NCBI GenBank assembly: GCA_045377275.1
Contig: JBJIOA010000031.1
Coordinates: 26,202-90,201, forward strand
Direction of reading: 5' to 3'
DNA: 64,000 nucleotides
Source of the DNA: Allorhizobium sp.
Lineage (GTDB): Bacteria; Pseudomonadota; Alphaproteobacteria; Rhizobiales; Rhizobiaceae
Every line of letters starts with the position of its first letter. The first letter of the stretch is position 1. The translations under genes and the position numbers were made by a program. The notes below the pieces were generated by a model, which saw only the letters and a list, made by a program, of their open reading frames with translations, was not told the origin of the DNA and made no database searches. Positions 56,340 to 64,000 of the stretch are shown in pieces.

Positions 56340-57263
56340 TCAGGTCCTGATGGTCAGGGCGCCTGGCAAAATTTCCGCGACGAAACCGCCTCGGATCGGC
56401 ATTTCGCCGTCGATTTCCACCGGGAAACGCTGGGGATCGCGTGGCCGCACTTCGACACAGCGCCCTTTATGAAAACTCAAGAGCGGATGGCCGACATGGC
56501 CGGCGGAATGCAGGCGTCCCAGTAAATTCAGAAGGCCGAGGATCTTTTCCTCGCGCATGACGGCGATATCGAACAGGCCATCGGCGACATCGGCATCCGG
56601 CGTGATGTGCATGCCGCCGCCGAACCAGCCGCCATTGGCAATCGCTGCGATCGCCAACTGCCCCTGATGCACCTGCATGCCATCGATCAGCACTTCGAAA
56701 TCATAGGGACGGTAGCGCAGGATCGCGAGTGCCGCATGCACGGTGAAGCGGAGGGGGCCGTTCAAGATGCGTCTGCGTCCAGGCGCGTTCACAGCATCGA
56801 CGATTTCGCCGGAAATGCCGACACTGGCGATATTGGCAAAGTGGCGACGCTGTTCGTTTCCGGATGCATCGCGGCTGACCAGCAGCCCGGCATCGATCTT
56901 TCGGATGGAGGCGTTTGCGATGTGCTCTGCGAGAGCAGCCGGATCGCTCGGGAGTTTGAAGTTCCGGATGAAATCGCAGCCCGTGCCGATCGGCAGGAAG
57001 GCAAGTGGCATCTCGGGGCGTGTGGAGGTCAGCACTCCGTCGACGACATCGCTGATCGTGCCGTCACCGCCGGCCACCACAATGACGTCGTAAGGCCCCG
57101 CGGCAAGCTCGCGGGCGAGCCTGCGGGCATCCCCGCTGGAGCGGCTTTCATGGATTTCCAGATCCGGGAAACGATGGCGGAAGGCTGCAAGCAAGGGAGC
57201 CCATTGCTTCTGGCCTGCTCGGCCACCCGCAATGGGGTTTCTCAAAACGGCAATTTTCAACAA
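56340..57263 (-). CDS. diacylglycerol/lipid kinase family protein (YegS/BmrU-like)
   Basis: …VIVVAGGDGTISDV…, …LPIGTGCDF…. Non-ATG (TTG) start, so the exact start is uncertain. Confidence 0.85.
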   Translation of the reverse strand: MLKIAVLRNPIAGGRAGQKQWAPLLAAFRHRFPDLEIHESRSSGDARRLARELAAGPYDVIVVAGGDGTISDVVDGVLTSTRPEMPLAFLPIGTGCDFIRNFKLPSDPAALAEHIANASIRKIDAGLLVSRDASGNEQRRHFANIASVGISGEIVDAVNAPGRRRILNGPLRFTVHAALAILRYRPYDFEVLIDGMQVHQGQLAIAAIANGGWFGGGMHITPDADVADGLFDIAVMREEKILGLLNLLGRLHSAGHVGHPLLSFHKGRCVEVRPRDPQRFPVEIDGEMPIRGGFVAEILPGALTIRT

Positions 57264-57441
57264 GGCCTCCCACAGCAGGCGCCCGATCGGGCGCCCCGCT
57301 CCCCTCGATTGTCGGCGTCAGATTGGCGAGAGGCCATCTGCACCGTTTTAGTCAAGTTTCGAAACTAGCATTGCGGGAACGCCGTCGGCAAGTTGCGCGA
57401 ACCCCTGCCTAGGCATAATCTGCAACCTTTGGACAACTGCC

Positions 57442-58803
57442 TCAAGCCTTGCTTCGATGGGTCGAAGCCACGTGGCGGTCGCTCAGGCGCGGTGCGCCGA
57501 AGAGCTTTTCCCGCAGCGGCCCTTCGCGGTATTCGGTCTTGTAGAGACCTTTCTCCTGAAGACGGGGGACGACAAGTTCGATGATGTCGTCGAAGCATTC
57601 CGGCACGACCGTGCGCGACAGATTGAAGCCGTCGACGCCTGTGTCTTCCACCCAGTCCACCAGCCAGTCGACAACCTGATCGGCGGAGGCGACGAGTGGT
57701 GGCTGGCGGCTGCCGAGCACCATCTGCTCGATCAGTTTGCGCTTCGTCCATTGAGGCCCTGCGGCACGATCCATCGCCTTGATGTTGGAGGTGATCGCCT
57801 GGCTCTTGCCGGTCTCGACCGGTTCGTCCATGTCGAACTTGTCGAAATCGATGCCCATGGAAGCGGCCGCATGGGTGAGCGCGGCCTCCGAACTGACATA
57901 TTGGCGATAGTCCTCGAACTTGTCACGAGCCTCCTTCTCGGTGCGGCCGGTGACGATGGTGGCACCAAGGAAAACCTTGATGTCATCGCCATGCCGTCCC
58001 AAGCCCTCAGCACGCGCCCGGATGTCGGAGACGATCTCGCGGACGCCCTCCTTCTTCTGGCCGTTGACGAAAACACACTCGGCGTGGGTCGCGGCAAATT
58101 GGCGCCCACGCGGCGACGATCCGGCCTGATAGAGAACCGGCGTGCGTTGCGGCGAGGGTTCTGAGAGGTGATAGGCATCGACCTTGTATTGGCGTCCATG
58201 ATGATGGACGGGATGCACACGCTGCGGATCGGCATAGACTTTCGCCGCCTTGTCGGCCACCACAGCGCCGTCCTCCCAGCTTCCTTCGAGAAGCTTGTAG
58301 ATCACCTCCATGTATTCGTCGGCGAGATCGTAGCGATCGTCATGGGCCATCTGGCCATCGAGGCCAATGGCGCGTGCGGCGCTGTCGAGATAACCGGTCA
58401 CGATGTTCCAACCGATGCGGCCACCGGTCAGATGATCGAGTGTTGCCATGCGGCGGGCAAAGAGGAAGGGCTGTTCGTATGTGAGATTAGCCGTCACGCC
58501 GAAGCCGAGATGGCGGGTGGCCGCGGCCATGGCCGGGACCAGCATCATGGGGTCGTTGACCGGCACCTGCACGGCACCGCGGAGCGCCGGCGCCGGTGTG
58601 CCGCTCAGAACGTCGTAGATGCCAACGACGTCGGCGAGGAAAATGCCGTCGAAGAGGCCCGCCTCCAGACGTTTTGCATAATCCGTCCAATAGGCGAGGC
58701 TTGTGTATTCCATCGAGCGATCGCGCGGGTGGCTCCAAAGCCCCTGCTGGATATGACCGACGCAATTCATGTCGAAGGCGTTGAAACGGATTTCGCGTAC
58801 CAT
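57442..58803 (-). CDS. LLM-class FMN-dependent monooxygenase (NtaA/SnaA/DszA family)
   Basis: Start at MVREIRFNAFDMNCVGHIQQGLWSHPRD…, the typical N-terminus of this family. Confidence 0.88.
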   Translation of the reverse strand: MVREIRFNAFDMNCVGHIQQGLWSHPRDRSMEYTSLAYWTDYAKRLEAGLFDGIFLADVVGIYDVLSGTPAPALRGAVQVPVNDPMMLVPAMAAATRHLGFGVTANLTYEQPFLFARRMATLDHLTGGRIGWNIVTGYLDSAARAIGLDGQMAHDDRYDLADEYMEVIYKLLEGSWEDGAVVADKAAKVYADPQRVHPVHHHGRQYKVDAYHLSEPSPQRTPVLYQAGSSPRGRQFAATHAECVFVNGQKKEGVREIVSDIRARAEGLGRHGDDIKVFLGATIVTGRTEKEARDKFEDYRQYVSSEAALTHAAASMGIDFDKFDMDEPVETGKSQAITSNIKAMDRAAGPQWTKRKLIEQMVLGSRQPPLVASADQVVDWLVDWVEDTGVDGFNLSRTVVPECFDDIIELVVPRLQEKGLYKTEYREGPLREKLFGAPRLSDRHVASTHRSKA

Positions 58804-58919
58804 GCTCGTATTCGTCCCTCTCTTTTGTTGACAGGCGGCGACTTGTGGATGCGCCGTCATCTATCGTATGCTCCCGTCCACTATAGAAGACGCAGCCGAG
58901 GAATTTGGCAAGGGCCGAG

Positions 58920-59513
58920 ATGAAGAACACGGTGCAGAGAAACGAAGTTCAAGACGAGGATCGCCAAGCGCGGGAGATAGCCGAGCGCGTCCGGCTAGAG
59001 CGGGAAACGCGTGGCTGGTCGCTTGCAGAACTCGCGGCGCGATCGGGTGTATCGAAGGCGATGATCAGCAAGGTGGAGCGCTGCGAGGCGAGCCCGACGG
59101 CGACTGTGCTCGGACGTCTCTCCGGCGCCTTCGGCCTGCCGCTCTCGGTTCTTCTCGCACTTGCCGAACGCGAAGGGGATCGGCTGGCGCGCTGTGACGA
59201 GCAGCCGCTCTGGACCGATCCGGATACTGGCTATACGAGGCGCACGCTTTCCCCCGCGAATGGCGGCCAACTCGAACTTCTGGAGGTGGTTTTGCCGCCC
59301 GGTGTCCGGGTGCCCTACCCGGCTTCCGCCTTCAGCTTCCAGCACCAGCAGATCTACGTACTCGAAGGTCGCCTCGACTTCATCGAGGGCACACGCAGCC
59401 ATCAGCTTTCGACGGGTGACTGCCTGCAACTCGGCGCGCCCAGCGACTGCGTGTTCGTCAATGCCAGTGAGCAAGCAATCCGCTATCTGGTGGCCCTGAC
59501 GCGGCGGGGATAG
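58920..59513 (+). CDS. XRE-family transcriptional regulator with C-terminal cupin domain
   Basis: HTH …RGWSLAELAARSGVSKAMISKVERCEASPT…. Cupin …LELLEVVLPPG…IYVLEGRLDF…. An alternative TTG start at 58905 is possible. Confidence 0.85.
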   Translation: MKNTVQRNEVQDEDRQAREIAERVRLERETRGWSLAELAARSGVSKAMISKVERCEASPTATVLGRLSGAFGLPLSVLLALAEREGDRLARCDEQPLWTDPDTGYTRRTLSPANGGQLELLEVVLPPGVRVPYPASAFSFQHQQIYVLEGRLDFIEGTRSHQLSTGDCLQLGAPSDCVFVNASEQAIRYLVALTRRG

Positions 59514-59536
59514 GCGCCGATCTTCAGATCCGGCGC
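59514..59536. terminator. hairpin between convergent genes (possible bidirectional terminator, no U-tract)
   Basis: GCGCCGATCT-TC-AGATCCGGCGC: a 10-bp stem with one bulged base. Confidence 0.3.
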
Positions 59537-59549
59537 GTTCCTCGGAAAC

Positions 59550-60104
59550 TTACTTCTTCTTCGGCTGTTCGAAGCCGATGAAGACACGGGCCGTGCCGGA
59601 GATGTTGCCGGGAACGGTTGCTACCTTGCTGTAGATGAACTGTGTCGGCTGGTTCACGTCGGCAAGTGTAACGGCATACTGCTCGACTTCGTTGAACACT
59701 TCCTGACCGCCATCGATAACGGTGACGCGCACCGGCAAATTGATCGTGCCGGCCTTGCCCTGCGGGCCTGCGACGAGGCGACCCTGAACGAGAGCATTGA
59801 TCGTCAACGACGTGTCCGTACGGGCGCAGGACCGCGTGGTATCGGCGAGCGAGGCCTGGAAGATGACCTGTTCGGCATCGCCGTCCTTGCCGCGTGCATA
59901 GGTGCGATAGGCGGCAGTGCCGTCACGCAACGAGATCTGTGGGCAGAAGCCCTGTACGACCGCCTGCTGCGTTGCGGCTGCGGCCGCGTTTCCTGGCTCC
60001 GCTGGCGAAAGGCCAAGGCTACTGCCGATACCGCCGGCATTGCAGCCCGAAAGAACCATCATCAGCGAAACGGCGACAACACCGCGCGACACGTTTACAG
60101 ACAC
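59550..60104 (-). CDS. hypothetical lipoprotein
   Basis: Lipobox …MMVLSGC/NAGG. 184 aa. No recognisable domain. Confidence 0.65.
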   Translation of the reverse strand: MSVNVSRGVVAVSLMMVLSGCNAGGIGSSLGLSPAEPGNAAAAATQQAVVQGFCPQISLRDGTAAYRTYARGKDGDAEQVIFQASLADTTRSCARTDTSLTINALVQGRLVAGPQGKAGTINLPVRVTVIDGGQEVFNEVEQYAVTLADVNQPTQFIYSKVATVPGNISGTARVFIGFEQPKKK

Positions 60105-60407
60105 GAGACTTCACCTTCCGCATGCTCGGCCCAAGGCCGAAAAACAGTCAAACTTGAGGCTTTTCAGCGCCCTCGCGGATGGTCTATACCAGCGGCCACG
60201 ACAAAAATCGATTGGGTAGCCGGCAATTTGCTTCAATTTTCGATGGACCTTCGAGAGCCGGCAGGAGTCTCCACATCAGCGCGCGCATGCATGACTGCCG
60301 GGCTTGCGAAATCCTCGCCGTTGCGCTGGCGCAAATTGGCAAACCTCTTTATCCGAAACGCCATAGGTTTGACGGCGGCTTCGGCTCCGAATTCTTGAAC
60401 TTTAGGG

Positions 60408-61815
60408 ATGAGCGACGTGGAATATGTTTCGACCCGCGGCGAGGCCCCGAGCCTCGGCTTTTGTGACGCATTGCTGGCGGGCCTCGCCCGTGACGGCGGT
60501 CTGTACGTGCCTCGCGAGTGGCCGCAGATGTCGAAAAAGGCAATCCGGTCCTTGCGTGGCAAGCCCTATGAAGAGGTCGCCTTCGAGGTGCTTCTGCCTT
60601 TCACCAATGGCGAGATCGAACCCGACACCTTCCGCACAATGATCGACGAGGCTTATTCGACCTTCAAGCATCCGGCCGTGGCGCCGCTCGTGCAGACCGG
60701 GCCGAATTCCTTCGTGCTCGAGCTCTTCCATGGCACGACGCTCGCCTTCAAGGACGTGGCGATGCAGTTGCTCGCCCGGTTGATGGACCATGTTCTCGAA
60801 AAGCGTGGTGAACGGGCGACGATCGTCGGCGCGACCTCGGGCGACACGGGTGGCGCTGCGATCGACGCCTTTGCAGGCCGCGCGCGCACCGACATCTTCA
60901 TCCTCTTCCCGCATGGCAAGGTATCGCCGGTACAGCAACGCCAGATGACTTCATCGAAGGACGAAAACGTGCATGCGATTGCCGTCGAAGGGAACTTCGA
61001 CGACTGCCAGAATCTCGGTGAAGGCCATGTTCAACGACGTACCGTTCCGGGATCGCGTCGGTCTTTCCGGCGTCAACTCGATCAACTGGGCCCGCATCAT
61101 GGCACAGGTGGTTTACTACTTCACCTCTGCCGTTGCGCTCGGCGCTCCCGACCGCAAGGTGTCTTTCACGGTGCCTACAGGCAATTTCGGTGACATCTTT
61201 GCCGGTTACGTCGCCAAGAAGATGGGCCTGCCGATCGACAAGCTTGTCATCGCGACCAATGACAACGACATTCTGGCGCGCACGATGAAAACCGGTCGCT
61301 ACGAGATGAAGGGCGTCTCGGCGACCACGTCGCCGTCGATGGATATCCAGATCTCGTCGAATTTCGAACGCCTGCTGTTCGAGGCCTATGGCCGCGATGC
61401 CTCGGCAATCCGCTCGTCGATGGAGGGATTGAAGCAATCCGGCGCCTTCGAGATCCAACCGGAAGCGCTGAAGTTCATTCGCAAGGATTTCCGAGCCGGT
61501 CGTGCGACGCAGAAGGAAGTGGCGAAGACGATCCGCGCCGTTCTCGATGAGACCGGCTATCTTCTCGATCCGCATACGGCCGTCGGCGTCCATGTCGCGA
61601 AAAAATTCGAAAAGCCGCAAAGCCCCATGGTGGTTCTGGCGACCGCCCACCCGGCCAAGTTTCCCGCCGCAGTAAAATCGGCCTCCGGTATTGACCCCGC
61701 GCTTCCGGCGTGGCTTGCTGATCTGATGGACAGGGAGGAGCGCTTCGAAGTCCTGCCCGCGGAACTGAAAGCCATCGAAGGCTTTATCAGTAAACAGGCG
61801 CGAGCAGTCAGGTAG
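60408..61815 (+). pseudogene. thrC: threonine synthase, reading frame broken by a 1-nt insertion near 61017
   Basis: ORF 60408-61193 carries the N-terminal half (…HGTTLAFKDVAMQ… with the PLP-Lys, …GATSGDTGGAA…, …AIAVEGNFDDCQNL). ORF 60973-61815 continues in the +1 frame exactly at VKAMFNDVPFRD…SINWARIMAQ…. Removing one G from CTC-G-GTG restores a single 468-aa frame. Confidence 0.9.
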
Positions 61816-61835
61816 GAAGCGCGGAAAGACGGACC

Positions 61836-63134
61836 ATGAATGTTGAGTGCACCCGGCTTCCATCGGGTTTGACTGTCGTAACCGAGAACATGCCCCATCT
61901 GGAAAGCGTGGCTCTCGGCACCTGGATCAAGTCCGGCTCGCGTAACGAGACCGAAGCCGAGCATGGCATTGCGCATCTGCTCGAGCACATGGCCTTCAAG
62001 GGTACGAATACGCGCACCGCCCGGCAGATCGCCGAGCAGATCGAGAATGTCGGCGGCGAAGTGAACGCCGCCACCTCGACGGAGACCACCTCCTATTATG
62101 CCCGCGTTCTGAAGGACAATGTTCCGCTCGCGGTCGATATCCTCGCCGACATCCTGACCGACAGCGTCTTCGACGAAGAGGAACTGGAGCGCGAAAAACA
62201 CGTCATCCTGCAGGAAATCGGCGCAGCCGACGATACGCCAGACGACGTTGTCTTCGACCGTTTCTCCGAACAGGCCTATCGCGGCCAGACGATCGGCCGC
62301 AGCATTCTCGGCACGCCGGAGACGGTCAAATCCTTCTCCAGCGACCAGATCCGCGCCTATCTCTCGCGCAACTACACGACCGACCGGATGTTTGTCGTGG
62401 CCGCCGGCAAGGTTGACCACGATGCCTTCGTCAAGCAGGTGGAGCAGCGCTTTGCCTCGCTGCCGACGACGCCCTCTGCGGCCCCGGTGATGGATGCCGC
62501 CCACTATACCGGTGGCGAGTCGCGCGAAGAGCGTGATCTCATGGATACCCAGGTGCTGCTCGGTTTCGAGGGCAAGGCGTATCACATGCGCGATTTCTAT
62601 TGCTCGCAGATCCTTGCCAACATTCTCGGCGGCGGCATGTCGTCGCGTCTGTTCCAGGAAGTGCGCGAGATCCGTGGCCTGTGCTATTCGGTCTACGCCT
62701 TCCACTGGGGCTTTTCCGATACCGGCATCTTCGGCATTCATGCAGCGACTGGCGGCGAGAACCTGCCGGAACTGGTGCCCGTCATCATTGACGAGCTGCG
62801 CAAGGCATCCGACCACATCGACCAGCAGGAGATCGAGCGCTCGCGGGCACAGATCCGCGCCCAGCTTCTGATGGGCCAGGAGAGCCCGGCCGCTCGTGCC
62901 GGCCAGATCGCCCGGCAGATGATGCTCTATGGACGCACCATTCCGAACCAGGAGATGATGGAACGGCTTGCCGGCATCACCACAGAACGCCTGACCGACC
63001 TTGCAGGCCGCCTGTTCTTCGACACGGTTCCGACGCTTTCGGCCATCGGCCCGATGGACCATCTTGTTCCGCTCGACGATATCAAGGGCGCGCTGACCAC
63101 GCAGCCTGCCGGTATCCGCAAGGCCGTCGGCTAA
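61836..63134 (+). CDS. M16-family zinc peptidase (mitochondrial-processing-peptidase-like)
   Basis: Inverted zinc motif HGIAHLLEHMAFKGT (HxxEH). 432 aa. Confidence 0.92.
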   Translation: MNVECTRLPSGLTVVTENMPHLESVALGTWIKSGSRNETEAEHGIAHLLEHMAFKGTNTRTARQIAEQIENVGGEVNAATSTETTSYYARVLKDNVPLAVDILADILTDSVFDEEELEREKHVILQEIGAADDTPDDVVFDRFSEQAYRGQTIGRSILGTPETVKSFSSDQIRAYLSRNYTTDRMFVVAAGKVDHDAFVKQVEQRFASLPTTPSAAPVMDAAHYTGGESREERDLMDTQVLLGFEGKAYHMRDFYCSQILANILGGGMSSRLFQEVREIRGLCYSVYAFHWGFSDTGIFGIHAATGGENLPELVPVIIDELRKASDHIDQQEIERSRAQIRAQLLMGQESPAARAGQIARQMMLYGRTIPNQEMMERLAGITTERLTDLAGRLFFDTVPTLSAIGPMDHLVPLDDIKGALTTQPAGIRKAVG

Positions 63135-63195
63135 AGGCCGCTGGCACAGACTGCGACCGGCGGGGACCCCGCCGGACATCGCTTGGGGATTGACG

Positions 63196-63807
63196 ATGAC
63201 GCGCTCGGTGTTTCGGTTTCTGTCCCGGCAGCCGGATATGCCGGAGATCGCCAGCGAACGACATCTGCTTCGCCTGCCCCGCTTCCGTGATTTCGAGCAA
63301 TGGCACCAGCTGCGCAGGGAAAGCCGCGCCTTTCTGCAGCCATGGGAGCCGAGCTGGCGCTCCGACGAGCTGACCGAGCGCGCGTTTCGGCAGCGCGTGC
63401 TGCGTAATGAACAGGAATTTCACTCCGGCATGGCCGTGCCATTCTTCCTCTTCGATCGGGCCGAGAACACCTTGCTGGGCGGGCTTACCATCGGTCTCAT
63501 ACGCCGCGGAGCGGCACAAAGCTGCATGATCGGCTACTGGATGGGCCAACGTCATGCTGGCCAAGGCCACATGTTTGCCGCACTTCAGCTGGCTATTCCC
63601 TACATCTTCGGGCCGCTCGAGTTGCACCGTATCGAAGCAGCCTGTATTCCGGACAACGTCAACAGCCTGAGGCTACTCGAAAAAGCGGGATTTGAGCGGG
63701 AAGGTCTTTTGCGCGACTATCTGAAAATCAACGGGGAATGGCGCGACCATCTGCTGTATTCCCGGATCGGCGGCCATAAGGCGCGGAACGGCAAGACGCC
63801 CTCATGA
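63196..63807 (+). CDS. GNAT-family N-acetyltransferase (RimJ/RimL-like)
   Basis: …IGYWMGQRHAGQGHMFAALQLAIPYIF…HRIEAACIPDNVNSLRLLEKAGFEREG…. A TTG start at 63190 is also possible. Confidence 0.85.
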   Translation: MTRSVFRFLSRQPDMPEIASERHLLRLPRFRDFEQWHQLRRESRAFLQPWEPSWRSDELTERAFRQRVLRNEQEFHSGMAVPFFLFDRAENTLLGGLTIGLIRRGAAQSCMIGYWMGQRHAGQGHMFAALQLAIPYIFGPLELHRIEAACIPDNVNSLRLLEKAGFEREGLLRDYLKINGEWRDHLLYSRIGGHKARNGKTPS

Positions 63808-64000
63808 CGAATATCCGACCCCTTTCGCGCGCCGTGCCTCGCCTCGCCGCCCTTTGGATTGCTGCGCTCACGACAGCCTATCTGTGCCTTGCCGCATCGG
63901 CGGCTTTCGCTGTCGAGCCGGTGAAGATTGCGCGCGACGACAACGCACTCGACCTCACAGCCACGACCGAGATCTATACGAACCAGGGCGAGGCCTTTCA
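63804..64000 (+). CDS. hypothetical exported/membrane protein, N-terminal fragment (continues beyond the window)
   Basis: ATG overlaps the GNAT stop (ATGA). Signal-like MTNIRPLSRAVPRLAALWIAALTTAYLCLAASAAFA. The frame is open to the window end. Confidence 0.5.
   Translation, partial: MTNIRPLSRAVPRLAALWIAALTTAYLCLAASAAFAVEPVKIARDDNALDLTATTEIYTNQGEAF

Overview
High-GC chromosomal segment that looks alpha-proteobacterial, Rhizobiaceae-like. That placement is an inference from gene content, synteny and repeat types; nothing was searched. I can support about 57 protein-coding genes, 1 tRNA (Gln-UUG), and no rRNA, CRISPR, transposase or integrase. Gene order: a Fec-type siderophore module (FecR tail, STN-domain TonB-dependent transducer, SBP-permease-permease-ATPase importer). 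Then the cellulose synthase operon celA-celB-celC plus a proline-rich/helical-repeat gene, behind a visibly AT-rich about 520-bp leader. Then a GlxA/AraC regulator, an ABC exporter, tRNA-Gln, PfpI, DUF1499, MBL hydrolase + cupin, and a HigB/HigA-like toxin-antitoxin pair with a frameshifted toxin. Then ppdK, a distant FabV-like reductase, an MFS transporter, an Ivy-like protein, smc, a DsbA-like lipoprotein and an FccB/SQR-like flavoprotein. The most unusual locus is at 36.2-44.7 kb: a tightly coupled operon of a Slam/DUF560-like outer-membrane protein, an 855-aa FecR-domain protein ending in a TbpB-type 8-stranded barrel, and a CHASE2 class III nucleotide cyclase. It converges, with a 6-bp gap, on a SulP-STAS anion transporter carrying a cyclic-nucleotide-binding domain. 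The rest is housekeeping: DUF721, mutY, ccrM, bioY with BioR-type boxes, GntR/ABM/NIPSNAP, ArsR, SMR+TetR, HAD, a lipid kinase, an LLM monooxygenase, thrC, an M16 peptidase and a GNAT. Four genes (thrC, the MBL hydrolase, the HigB-like toxin, the TetR C-terminus) look broken by single-base indels, so assembly indel error versus real decay needs checking. Several intergenic regions hold families of C-rich/G-rich hairpin repeats, a 126-bp perfect-inverted-repeat element and a heptamer tandem repeat. All calls come from reading the ORF translations and the DNA by eye; no database search or computation was run.
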